DNA of 63,974 nt, counting the filler. It is 10 parts of 10 records of this genome, joined end to end, with 100 filler letters (N's around TTAATTAATTAA, not from the genome) between each part and the next. Parts side by side here need not be neighbours in the genome. Positions count along the whole stretch, not along the records: positions 19,872 to 36,269 come from SRR20825010_4590; positions 36,370 to 40,170 come from SRR20825010_4594; positions 40,271 to 45,239 come from SRR20825010_4595; 7 more parts are not named here. One strand, given 5' to 3'. Numbering within the stretch: the first letter of the stretch is position 1; the number at the start of each line of letters is the position of its first letter. The notes under the pieces were generated by a model, which saw only the letters and a list, made by a program, of their open reading frames with translations, searched no databases and had not been told where the DNA came from. Of this stretch, positions 30,838 through 40,333 are shown piece after piece. The position numbers and the translations under genes were made by a program.

Positions 30838-31785
30838 ATGAGCGCACGTTCGGGCAGTGCAAGCGAGAGCACGAATAGTGGCCTCAATTCGTCGGCAGGC
30901 TGGGACGCCTACCGGATTTTTCTGGCTGTCGCCGAGACCGCCAGCCTATCTGGCGCGGGACGCAAGCTGAAGCTGAGCCACGCCACTGTGGGTCGCCACA
31001 TCGCTGCGCTGGAAAAGGAACTGGGTGCCAAACTCTTTATCCGCGAACCTATCGGCTATGCACTTACGGCAGCGGGCGATCGGCTGCGGGCCGAAGTGGA
31101 GCCAATGGCAACGGCAGCGGAACGGGCCGCACGTGCAGCACTGGAAGAAGACGGCGAGCCGCGCGGAACCGTGCGCGTATCGGTTGCCCCCGGCATTGCG
31201 GGCCAGTGGCTGGTGCCACATCTGACAGATTTTCACAAAGCCTACCCCGCCCTCGAACTGGAATTCGTGACCGAGAGCTGGCCGGCCAGTGTGCGCCGCC
31301 GCGAAGCTGATATTGTGATCCGGCTCTATGGTCCGGGCGAAGAGAACCTTGTAGGCCGGAAAATCGGTCGTCTGGGTGTCGCGTTTTATGCATCGAAGGA
31401 CTATGCCGAGCAGCATGGCCTGCCAAGCAAGCGTGAGGAATGGGCCGAGCACACCATTCTGGGTTTTGCCGGATCATCCTCGCAGGCCGAGTTCTCGCGC
31501 TGGAGCGCCCATGTGACGCGCGATACGCCAACTCATTTCCGCTTCTCGTCACAGATCGACACAGTGCATGCCGTGCTGGCAGGCACCGGCATCGGCGCGC
31601 TGACCTGCTTGACGGGGGATGCCTATCCGCAGCTTGTGCGCATTTCACCGGAGAAGCTGTTTTCCACTACCGATATGTGGCTGTTGGCGCATCCCGACCT
31701 AAAAGACACGCCGCCTGTGCGGGCTGTGATGGATTTCATTATGGCCAAGGCAAAGCAGGATCGCGCCAAGCTGACCGGACGTTAA
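30838..31785 (+). CDS. LysR-family transcriptional regulator
   Basis: WDAYRIFLAVAETASLSGAGRKLKLSHATVGRHIAALE HTH; RREADIVIR. Confidence 0.95.
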   Translation: MSARSGSASESTNSGLNSSAGWDAYRIFLAVAETASLSGAGRKLKLSHATVGRHIAALEKELGAKLFIREPIGYALTAAGDRLRAEVEPMATAAERAARAALEEDGEPRGTVRVSVAPGIAGQWLVPHLTDFHKAYPALELEFVTESWPASVRRREADIVIRLYGPGEENLVGRKIGRLGVAFYASKDYAEQHGLPSKREEWAEHTILGFAGSSSQAEFSRWSAHVTRDTPTHFRFSSQIDTVHAVLAGTGIGALTCLTGDAYPQLVRISPEKLFSTTDMWLLAHPDLKDTPPVRAVMDFIMAKAKQDRAKLTGR

Positions 31786-31805
31786 TTGAACAAGAGGCAC
31801 CCACC

Positions 31806-31821
31806 TGTTCGCACATGAACA
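31806..31821. promoter_or_regulatory. Palindromic operator, copy 2
   Basis: TGTTCGCACATGAACA, 14/16 identical to 30812-30827. Confidence 0.7.
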
Positions 31822-31910
31822 ATGTGTGTGATCCGGCGGACAGGCGCAAAACGTAAAACCACGTCATAGTCGGTTGCAACAAACACCACGACATTCCGCC
31901 GGAGGAAACC

Positions 31911-32885
31911 ATGCCGTTACCCGCTTGCCTTGAAGGCCATCTCGAAGTTCCCGTGATTGGTTCGCCGCTGTTCATCGTATCTGGCCCCGAACTCGTCATC
32001 GCACAATGCAAGGCAGGTATTGTCGGCTCCTTCCCCGCGCTCAATGCGCGTCCTGCACATGTGCTAGAGGAATGGATCATCCGTATCCAGACGGAACTGG
32101 CTGAATATCAGGCAGCAAATCCCGACAAGAAAGTGGCGCCCTTTGCCGTAAACCAGATCTGCCATGCATCAAACGACCGCCTGGCGCATGACACAGAAGT
32201 CTGCACGCGCCTTAAAGTACCTATCATCATCACCAGCCTACGTCCGCCAGCTGAAGTGGTGGAAGCTGCCCATTCATATGGTGGGGTTGTGTTTCATGAC
32301 GTCATCAATGTGAAGCACGCAAAGAAAGCCGCTGAACAAGGCGTGGACGGGCTAATCCTTGTTTGCGCCGGTGCTGGTGGCCACGCGGGCACGCTCTCGC
32401 CGTTTGCGCTGGTTCGTGAAGTGAAGGAATGGTTCAAGGGCACCGTGCTTGTGTCGGGCGCATTGTCGGATGGCTATGGCGTAGCATCCGCTTTGGCACT
32501 GGGCGCCGATCTTGCCTATATGGGCACACGCTTTGTTGCGACAGAGGAAGGCAATGCAGACCAAGCCTACAAGCAGAGCCTTGTCGATTATGCGGCTGAC
32601 GACATTGTCTATACGAACCTGTTTACCGGCGTGCACGGCAACTACCTCGCACCGTCGGTCGCCGCTGCCGGACTTGACCCGCACAATCTGCCTGAAGCAG
32701 ATAAGTCGAAAATGAATTTCGGTTCGGGTGGCAACATGAAACAGAAAGCCTGGAAGGATATCTGGGGTTCGGGTCAGGGCATTGGCCAGATCAAAGATGC
32801 GCCGCCAGTGAGTGTGCTGGTTGATCGCATTAAGGCCGAATACAAACAGGCCTGTCAGGAATTTGCGGCACGTATGCCAGCCTGA
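31911..32885 (+). CDS. Nitronate monooxygenase family protein (second subfamily)
   Basis: PVIGSPLFIVS, GSFPALNAR, GAGGHAG, AYMGTRF and AWKDIWGSGQG motifs. Confidence 0.92.
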   Translation: MPLPACLEGHLEVPVIGSPLFIVSGPELVIAQCKAGIVGSFPALNARPAHVLEEWIIRIQTELAEYQAANPDKKVAPFAVNQICHASNDRLAHDTEVCTRLKVPIIITSLRPPAEVVEAAHSYGGVVFHDVINVKHAKKAAEQGVDGLILVCAGAGGHAGTLSPFALVREVKEWFKGTVLVSGALSDGYGVASALALGADLAYMGTRFVATEEGNADQAYKQSLVDYAADDIVYTNLFTGVHGNYLAPSVAAAGLDPHNLPEADKSKMNFGSGGNMKQKAWKDIWGSGQGIGQIKDAPPVSVLVDRIKAEYKQACQEFAARMPA

Positions 32886-32916
32886 CACGGAACATTCCGC
32901 CGGAACGACAGATAAT

Positions 32917-32945
32917 AGAACCCTCCCCTTGCCGGGGAGGGTTCT
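32917..32945. terminator. Rho-independent terminator between convergent units
   Basis: AGAACCCTCCCC-TTGCC-GGGGAGGGTTCT, 12-bp stem. Confidence 0.85.
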
Positions 32946-32951
32946 TGCATT

Positions 32952-33068
32952 TCAGGCCACAAAGCGGCTGATACTAAGGGAAAAAATGCCTGCATAGGTG
33001 ACGATAGATGAGACGACGATGATAAACGTCAGGCGTTCAACACGAGCACGAAGACGATAAGGCAACAT
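32952..33068 (-). CDS. Putative 38-aa single-pass membrane protein
   Basis: MLPYRLRARVERLTFIIVVSSIVTYAGIFSLSISRFVA; starts 3 nt after the upstream stop with an AAGGAAAGG RBS and ends 6 nt before the terminator. Confidence 0.55.
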   Translation of the reverse strand: MLPYRLRARVERLTFIIVVSSIVTYAGIFSLSISRFVA

Positions 33069-33071
33069 GGT

Positions 33072-34106
33072 TCAGACCTTTCCTTGAATAGCGAGCGCAG
33101 GCGGCGCAACGTTTCGGGGGGACGCGTCCAAGCAACCAAGACCGATCAGCGTGACGCGAAGCGCCTGATCAGTGGGCGTGTGGGGCTCGCCGCCCAGAAA
33201 AGCGACGAGCTTGCGATTGTCGAGTTTCAGTGCCTGTTTCCAGAGGTAACGCATCTCCAGCATTTCGCGGAATGTCTCGACAAAGGGGGAGGCCAACCGG
33301 ATGGCCCACCATGGCAAGCGCCCGATGCGCATCTGAGGCCGAGCGGCAACGCGCGCCGTGGCATGGGCGATCTCAATACCCTTGTCGAACCAATGGCCCT
33401 GAAAATGGAACCGCGCAAAAGCCGGAAGTTCGTCCGCCCTCTCGATGAGGCGCATGAATGTTTCAGCAAGGTCGGGCAGATAGGCCCAGCAATGGCCAAT
33501 TGCAGGTGCGCCGGGATAGGTAATTGATTTTAACGGGCCTCCGGTTTTGACAATACCTTGTCCGAACCAGTTATTGCCACTACGCGGCCCGAAGAAATCT
33601 CCCGCCCGCAAGATAATGACGGGAACACCATCGGCGGCGGCATCAGCGAGACGCTTTTCCATCGCAACCCGAATGGCCCCTTTACGGGTGAGCGGTTGTT
33701 GCGGGGCATCCTCGGCTACGAGCGGAAATGTATCTGGGCCAAAATTGTAAACCGTGCCCGGAAAGACCAGACGCGCACCGGCAAATTTAGCCGCAGCAAT
33801 CGAGCTTTCCAGCATGGGCATGGCGAGGCCCTTCCAATTTTTGTAACCGGGTGGGTTGGCACCATGGAAGATAATCGAAACGCCATTAGCAGCGGCCAAC
33901 AAGTCCTTGGCCTTCATGGCATCACCCTTGACCCATTCAATCGCCCCGAGGTGCGCGGCAGAGAGAGCAGCCTTTGCCGGATTGCGATTGAGCGCCCGCA
34001 CATGCCAGCCGCGGGCTTTAAGAGCGAGAACCATCTCGCCGCCAATGCCGCCCGTTGCGCCAATGACAAGAGCTGTAGGAGCTGTGCGCGCCTTGGTAAA
34101 AGTCAT
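33072..34106 (-). CDS. NAD-dependent epimerase/dehydratase (extended or atypical SDR)
   Basis: GATGGIG Rossmann motif; PGTVYNFG, RAGDFFGP and WAYLPDLA motifs. Confidence 0.9.
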   Translation of the reverse strand: MTFTKARTAPTALVIGATGGIGGEMVLALKARGWHVRALNRNPAKAALSAAHLGAIEWVKGDAMKAKDLLAAANGVSIIFHGANPPGYKNWKGLAMPMLESSIAAAKFAGARLVFPGTVYNFGPDTFPLVAEDAPQQPLTRKGAIRVAMEKRLADAAADGVPVIILRAGDFFGPRSGNNWFGQGIVKTGGPLKSITYPGAPAIGHCWAYLPDLAETFMRLIERADELPAFARFHFQGHWFDKGIEIAHATARVAARPQMRIGRLPWWAIRLASPFVETFREMLEMRYLWKQALKLDNRKLVAFLGGEPHTPTDQALRVTLIGLGCLDASPRNVAPPALAIQGKV

Positions 34107-34167
34107 GGTCGATCTCCTATTTCGTTGCCAAAGATTTATCCGGCGTTTCGATAAGGAGAAGATGGAT

Positions 34168-34183
34168 TATTCATATATGAATA
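34168..34183. promoter_or_regulatory. Perfect 16-bp palindrome, probable LysR operator
   Basis: TATTCATATATGAATA between the divergent epimerase and LysR genes. Confidence 0.65.
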
Positions 34184-34222
34184 TAAATTGTCTATTTTCT
34201 GCTATCATGTATACTTTTTTGT

Positions 34223-35125
34223 ATGAAAGACGCTGAACCTGGCTGGGAACATTACAGAACGCTGCTTGCGGTGATCCGCGAGGGTAGCCTTTCAGCTGCG
34301 GCGCGCCAGCTAGGGCTGACCCAGCCGACCATAGGACGACATGTCGATGCGCTGGAAGCCGCGTTAGGGCTTCCGCTTTTCACCCGATCGCAAGGTGGAT
34401 TGGCACCGACGGAAAGCGCGTTGACGCTTGTGCCTCATGCCGAAGCTATGGAAAACGCGGCAGAAGCCCTGCGCCGTGCCGCCACCGGAGAAGCCGAAGA
34501 AGAACGCGGTACAGTACGTGTGACCGCTAGCGAGATGGTAGGTACTGAAGTTCTACCGCCGATCTTTGCCAGTTTTCGCAGATTGCATCCCAAAATCACA
34601 ATCGAGCTCATGCTGTCGAACAAGACCGAGGATCTGTTGCATCGTGAAGCCGATATTGCCGTCCGCATGGTGCGCCCCACCCAAGGCGCACTTGTGGCAA
34701 AGAAGATTGGCACTGTGGGACTGTCGCTCTACGCCCATAAAGACTATCTAGCTGCATGTGGAACTCCCGCCAGTCTTGATGAGATCAATCAGCATACTTT
34801 GATCGGATATGACAAAGAGCCTTCGGTGCGACGCCTGAAAGACCTCGGATTCGATCTGACGCGCGAAATGTTCGGCTATCGCTGTGACAGCGATATTGCC
34901 CAGTTCGCGGCTCTAAAAGCTGGCGTGGGTCTGGGCATGTGCCAGAGGACTTTGGCCAAATCCTATCCAGACCTTGTGCCTCTAAAGAATCTTGATGTCA
35001 GCTTCAGTCTCGATATCTGGGTAGCGATGCATGAGGACCTCAAATCGAGCCTGCGGATGCGGTTGATGTTCGATCACTTGGCGGCGGAACTAGCCAAATA
35101 TGTGGCGATGGACAAGTCCGCCTAA
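34223..35125 (+). CDS. LysR-family transcriptional regulator
   Basis: [37 protein letters not shown]. Confidence 0.95.
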   Translation: MKDAEPGWEHYRTLLAVIREGSLSAAARQLGLTQPTIGRHVDALEAALGLPLFTRSQGGLAPTESALTLVPHAEAMENAAEALRRAATGEAEEERGTVRVTASEMVGTEVLPPIFASFRRLHPKITIELMLSNKTEDLLHREADIAVRMVRPTQGALVAKKIGTVGLSLYAHKDYLAACGTPASLDEINQHTLIGYDKEPSVRRLKDLGFDLTREMFGYRCDSDIAQFAALKAGVGLGMCQRTLAKSYPDLVPLKNLDVSFSLDIWVAMHEDLKSSLRMRLMFDHLAAELAKYVAMDKSA

Positions 35126-35189
35126 AACTCGCCAAGACGGCTCTGCCCTGCTATATCAGCGGCCAACTTATTGTTTCCGCGAGGTTTCC

Positions 35190-36269
35190 ATGTCCCAAGC
35201 CGCCACAAAGCCGGAAGGCAAAGCCAATCCCCCGCTCGCCCCTTTCAATTGGGAAGACCCGCTGCTGCTCGAAGGGCAGTTGAGCGAAGATGAGCGTATG
35301 GTGCGCGACAGCGTGCGTGCCTTTGCTGATAGCCGCCTGATGAGCCGGGTGAAGGAAGCCAACCGCAACGAAATCTTCCATCGCGAAATCATGAATGAAA
35401 TGGGTGAGCAAGGCATGCTCGGCTCGACCCTGCCGGAAAAATATGGCTGCGCTGGTCTCAACTATGTTTGCTATGGCCTTGCAGCGCGCGAGGTGGAGCG
35501 GGTGGATAGCGGCTATCGTTCGGCGATGAGTGTACAGTCGTCGCTCGTCATGCACCCGATCTATGCCTATGGCTCGGAAGCGCAGCGCGAAAAATATCTG
35601 CCGAAACTGGCAAGCGGCGAATGGGTCGGATGTTTCGGCCTCACAGAACCCGATCACGGTTCCGATCCGGGATCGATGGTGACACGCGCGAAGAAGGTTG
35701 ATGGTGGCTTTATCCTCAACGGCGCCAAAATGTGGATTACCAATTCCCCGATCGCCGACCTCGCGGTGGTTTGGGCCAAGACCGAAGATGATGTGATCCG
35801 CGGATTTGTTGTGGAACGCGCTTTCAAGGGTTTCTCGACGCCGAAAATCGAAGGCAAGTTTTCGCTTCGAGCATCAGTGACTGGCGAAATTGTTTTGCAG
35901 GATGTGTTTGTTCCGGATGAAAACCTGCTGCCGAATGTACGCGGGCTGGCTGGTCCTTTCGGCTGCCTCAATCGCGCACGCTACGGCATTGCATGGGGCG
36001 CAATGGGTGCTGCTGAATTCTGCTGGAATGCCGCGAGAACCTATACACTGGAACGCAAGCAGTTTGGTCGTCCACTCGCTGCCAACCAGCTAATCCAGAA
36101 GAAGCTGGCCGACATGCAGACAGAGATCACACTAGGCCTGCAGGGCTGCTTGCAGCTTGGCCGCATGTTTGATGCAGGCACAGCAGCACCTGCCTCGATC
36201 TCGCTGATGAAGCGCAACAATTGTGGCAAGGCGCTGGATATCGCCCGCGTTGCCCGCGACATGCATGGC
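35190..36269 (+). CDS. gcdH: Glutaryl-CoA dehydrogenase (3' truncated)
   Basis: [43 protein letters not shown] and KRNNCGKAL motifs. Confidence 0.9.
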
Positions 36270-36369
36270 NNNNNNNNNNNNNNNNNNNNNNNNNNNNNNN
36301 NNNNNNNNNNNNNTTAATTAATTAANNNNNNNNNNNNNNNNNNNNNNNNNNNNNNNNNNNNNNNNNNNN
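36270..36369. other. Artificial contig linker
   Basis: N44-TTAATTAATTAA-N44. Confidence 0.99.
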
Positions 36370-37731
36370 CTCCCAGGCCAGCGTGTTGCGGCGATAGAGC
36401 CAGAAGCAGGCCGCGATGATGGCGGCGAGCACACCCAGCCCTGCAGCGCCCAGGTTCCGGATTGCTGCGATAACCACGTAGGAAATCCACAGGAAGCCGT
36501 CGACCACCGAGGTGATCTGAACCGCGTTCTCAGGCATTTCGAAGCCCGAATCCACGGCAGCGCTGGTAAACAGAGGTGCGAGCGCGTTGGCCACATAGAA
36601 ACCGGCGGCGAGCGTCACCGTGCCGACGATCACCATGCGGAACACGTTGCCGCGCAAGAGTGGAGCGGTCATGGCGACGATGAACGGAATGACCGCCAGG
36701 TCGGCAAACAGGATCACGCGGTTGCCCGGCAGGACGATCGACAGGATGATGGCGATCGGCACCAGGATGAGCGAAGCGGAAATGGCCGCCGGATGACCGA
36801 TCAGGATCGCTGAATCGAGACCAACCAGAAGTTCCCGGTCACCGGTGCGCTTGCGCACGAATTCCTGTGCGGCTTCCGATACCGGCAGCAGGCCTTCCAT
36901 AAGGATCTTCACCATGCGCGGCAGAAGCAGCATCACGGCTGCGAGCGTCATACCCGTCTGCAGAACCTTGGACAGGACCACGCCGAAATCGCCGGCGTTG
37001 TAGTAGGCGACAACGCCCAGCACGAGACCGATGATCAAGCCGAGAACAACAGGCTCACCGAATACGCCGAACCGGCGCTCGATGGTTTCGGTGGAGATGT
37101 TCACCTTGTTGATGCCGGGAATGCGCTCGATGATCCAGTTGATCACAATGGCGATCGGCAGGATCTGTGCAGAGGCCAGATGCGGGACCGAAACGCCCGG
37201 AATGCCGTAGAACTTCTGAACGGCACGGGCCGACCAATCGGCGAACAGCAACGAAAGTGCTGCCATCAGCGCGGCAACAACGAGACCGTAGGCCAGGCTG
37301 CCCGTGGCGGCAACGGCAAGCGAACCGATAAAGGCGAAGTGCCAGAAGTTCCAGACGTCGACGTTGAGCGTGCGGGTCATGCGCGTCAGAAGAAGCGCGA
37401 TGTTGACGGCAATGCCGATCGGAATCACCCACAGCCCCACCGAAGAGCCAAAGGCGATCGCGGCAGCCGAGGGCCAGCCTACATCGACGATGTCGCGCTG
37501 AATGCCCGTATTGGTGACGATGGCCTGCGCCACGTCGCCGATGGATCCGAGCATCAGGCCGAGAACCAGATTGATACCGATGAATGCCACGCCGATGGTG
37601 ACGGCAGCACGGAATGCCTTGCCGATCTTGGCCCCCAGCACTGCGGCAATGACAAAAATGACGATGGGCAACAGAACCGTTGCGCCGAGCGTATCCACGG
37701 CCGCTTTAAGGCCGCTCAGGAATGTGTCCAT
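36370..37731 (-). CDS. gatC: PTS galactitol-family IIC component (3' truncated)
   Basis: DVGWP.AAAIAF, TRTLNVDVWNFWH, LLPRMVKILMEGLLP, GLDSAILIG and LPGNRVILFADL motifs. Confidence 0.9.
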
Positions 37732-38202
37732 TTTCCTCCCCCTGAATTCCTGTTCAGAACCATTCTCGATCAGAACATTTGTTTCTCAAAATAGACGCAA
37801 GTTTATGGCTTGCCGCCACTTGGCTGTCAATCGGCGAATGCATCGGAAAAAAAGCGCAACGAAGCGGAAAAATGCACTTCCTGATTTCCCCATAAGTGCA
37901 CTTCCGTAGAAACTACAACCATAAGACGAAAGCAAGCGGATGGGGCAAACGATGCTCTCTGATCAAAACACCTTCAAGCCGGTTTCTCATGCTGGCGCAG
38001 CCGTACCCCCACCGTAACGCGAAGAACAGGAACACGCTTCACGCACCTTGTGAAGCGACCGCCAAAGCCGGCCCTCCCGCCCCCCGGGTCGGCTTTCTCC
38101 CAAAGCCTTGCCTCGCTTCCTGGAAGTGTAGGTGAGGCTTTGGGACCCTCCATGCAATGGCCCGAGTGTTTTGCGTGACGCGCCCAACTCACCGGAATAG
38201 CC

Positions 38203-38412
38203 GTGCCTGCAAAACCGCTGATCGACCACGATACCATTTACCTTCTCCTCGACGAGATGGCCGAGCTCGGATATTCGAGTGCGGAAGTCGACATCATGTT
38301 GGTGCGGCAAGGGGCCGTGGATCTGGATGTTCTTCGGGAATGCAAGAGCAATCATCCGGCTTTCAACGGTGCTACCCGAAAGAAGCTACGCCTTTTGCGC
38401 TTCAGGCGCTAA
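38203..38412 (+). CDS. Possible small hypothetical protein
   Basis: 69-aa ORF with protein-like composition in an otherwise empty spacer; GTG start; no recognised motif. Confidence 0.4.
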   Translation: MPAKPLIDHDTIYLLLDEMAELGYSSAEVDIMLVRQGAVDLDVLRECKSNHPAFNGATRKKLRLLRFRR

Positions 38413-38614
38413 CAGGCAAAGCGTCAGGCATTTCCCGTTTCAGTCAAGATGCCCCACCAGAACCCGTACCTGCCTGTATGATACCGAAACCTTGCCTGCG
38501 TCTCCGTGGACGCGGATCACTCGGCGAGGGGGTGGACAAAAGAGAATGCGGCCGGGCCTCTAGTGGCACAGCCGCATTCCTTTCGGTTGTGGAGAGGCCC
38601 GGCAGCGGAGAGGC

Positions 38615-39634
38615 TCAATCCTGGGTGCTGTTTGCCGCCACCGTGGCATCGGTCTGATATTTGGCGAGGGCCCCTTCATAGCCGAACAGGGCGGCTGCCA
38701 CACTCGCTGCGGTCGTTTCCGCCAGCGCTGCCTTTGATGCTGGCCTGAAGGCCTCTTTCACCAGAGAGGAGACCTGGACTTCACGAGAGGCGGAATCGAG
38801 CAAATGCCAATAGACCCGTACCTCATCCGCCTCCAGCTGAACGCTGGTCAGCAGTTCGTATACGTCACTTTCCGGCCCATACATCGACCTGACCCCGGAG
38901 ACCACGCTTTCAAGCTTTTCATGCGGGCGTACGCCGACGGAGCGGATGGCCCTTTCCCTGCCGACATTCAGCCAAATAGCATCGTTGAGCATCTCCGCGA
39001 ACTGGTTGGCGTCAGTGTTTGCCTGGCTGGTTCTCGCGGTGTCGAGCACGAGCACTGCAGCCGTCCCGCGATCAGCGCGGGTTGGCGTATCCAGCCAGAG
39101 CGGTGCTGTCGCTGTCAGCAAGAGGGCGAAGGCCGTAGCCAGTCCCGCTCCCGCTAGCAGCGAATGCGATCTGGAAAAATGACGCGGAGCAAGTGCAGCG
39201 AACGGATTCATTGGGCCGCGTTTTTCGAAGATCGGAACGTACGCGCCCAGCGGTATGGATATGTGGATCGGGTCCGACTTGCCGGGGCCGGCATAGTATT
39301 CACGCAGAGATTTCCGCAGTTGCCCCGCGGCGATCCTGACAATCGGGTCCACTGTCGCATCGAAACTGGCGTCCCTTCCGAAAACGTCCACCGCAATCGT
39401 AAACGCCTTTATTCGGTCTGCCCGTCCCGCGAGCGTTTCCTCCACCACAAAGCGCAGGAAGCGTCTGTTGCGGTCGGATGCCCTGAACTCCGAATTCCGA
39501 AGCAGCGCCTCCAGGACTGCTGTCTGCTCTTCTTTGGTTCCACCTCCTTCTGATGATGTGGCCTTCAATTCCTCCTTTCCTTCATGTGTCGTCACCCCGT
39601 TCCTGTGTGTTTCAGCCTGGTATTTCTGCAGCAT
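38615..39634 (-). CDS. Single-pass membrane protein with N-terminal winged-helix-like domain (type often mislabelled adenylate cyclase / TolB-like)
   Basis: F.ASDRNRRFLRFVVEETLAG..DRIKAFTIAVDVFGR...FD...DPIVRIAAGQLRKSLREYY...IPLGAYVP, then a TM helix and a C-terminal domain. Confidence 0.75.
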   Translation of the reverse strand: MLQKYQAETHRNGVTTHEGKEELKATSSEGGGTKEEQTAVLEALLRNSEFRASDRNRRFLRFVVEETLAGRADRIKAFTIAVDVFGRDASFDATVDPIVRIAAGQLRKSLREYYAGPGKSDPIHISIPLGAYVPIFEKRGPMNPFAALAPRHFSRSHSLLAGAGLATAFALLLTATAPLWLDTPTRADRGTAAVLVLDTARTSQANTDANQFAEMLNDAIWLNVGRERAIRSVGVRPHEKLESVVSGVRSMYGPESDVYELLTSVQLEADEVRVYWHLLDSASREVQVSSLVKEAFRPASKAALAETTAASVAAALFGYEGALAKYQTDATVAANSTQD

Positions 39635-40142
39635 TGTCTCTCGCTTTTCGCAAGTTTGGAGAGCCGTGGGCTCGACTGAAGCGCGATGCGCCCGGCTCTC
39701 CTCAATCTGTGTCTTCGTTGTGTACGCAACAGGAGCGCCAGTCGGTCCTTCGGCAAACGGCAGAAATCTCCAGAAACTGGAGATTGCCGTTGGAAAGCGA
39801 AGCCAGCCCATCGCAATCGGCGGCCCTTTCCGTAAGGGCCGGTGGCTCTGGCTCGAACAGACAGCACAAGGAACGCAAAACTGATTAGAATTTTCGTGGG
39901 CGATACGGTTATCGCCTACGCTTCAAACAAGCATTCTGCTCGGCTTATGAACAAGTAAGCCTCGCGCCGAAGGGATTGCACACGCCACATTTACGCGAGC
40001 GTTCCCGGGGCATTTCAAGTGACGACAAGACAGGCGGATGTCGAGCCATTGCCGCCGCGCGACAAGCAGAACCGTTAACGCATGGCCGCAGAAGCACAAC
40101 AGCGAGAGGGGAGCGGTTGAAATGAATGGACCCTGTAAAGAA

Positions 40143-40170
40143 TGGCGCGCCCGAAAGGATTCGAACCTCT
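40143..40170 (-). tRNA. tRNA-Arg, 3' end only (truncated by contig end)
   Basis: Reverse complement AGAGGTTCGAATCCTTTCGGGCGCGCCA contains the T-loop GTTCGAATC, the acceptor strand and CCA; Arg inferred from the acceptor stem, anticodon not visible. Confidence 0.8.
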
Positions 40171-40270
40171 NNNNNNNNNNNNNNNNNNNNNNNNNNNNNN
40201 NNNNNNNNNNNNNNTTAATTAATTAANNNNNNNNNNNNNNNNNNNNNNNNNNNNNNNNNNNNNNNNNNNN
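40171..40270. other. Artificial contig linker
   Basis: N44-TTAATTAATTAA-N44. Confidence 0.99.
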
Positions 40271-40318
40271 ATCCGAATTCTGGCGAATCCGGCTACGGGT
40301 AGGGCGAATCCGGCTACG
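40271..40318 (-). repeat. GTAG-type REP elements (two tandem copies)
   Basis: GGCGAATCCGGCTACG at 40282-40297 and 40303-40318; minus strand reads GTAG-CCGGATTC-GCCA-GAATTCGG hairpin. Confidence 0.7.
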
Positions 40319-40333
40319 AATTGCATAACCGAC

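Noticed and set aside
38615-39811. Adenylate cyclase annotation
   Set aside because: No class III cyclase catalytic motifs are visible
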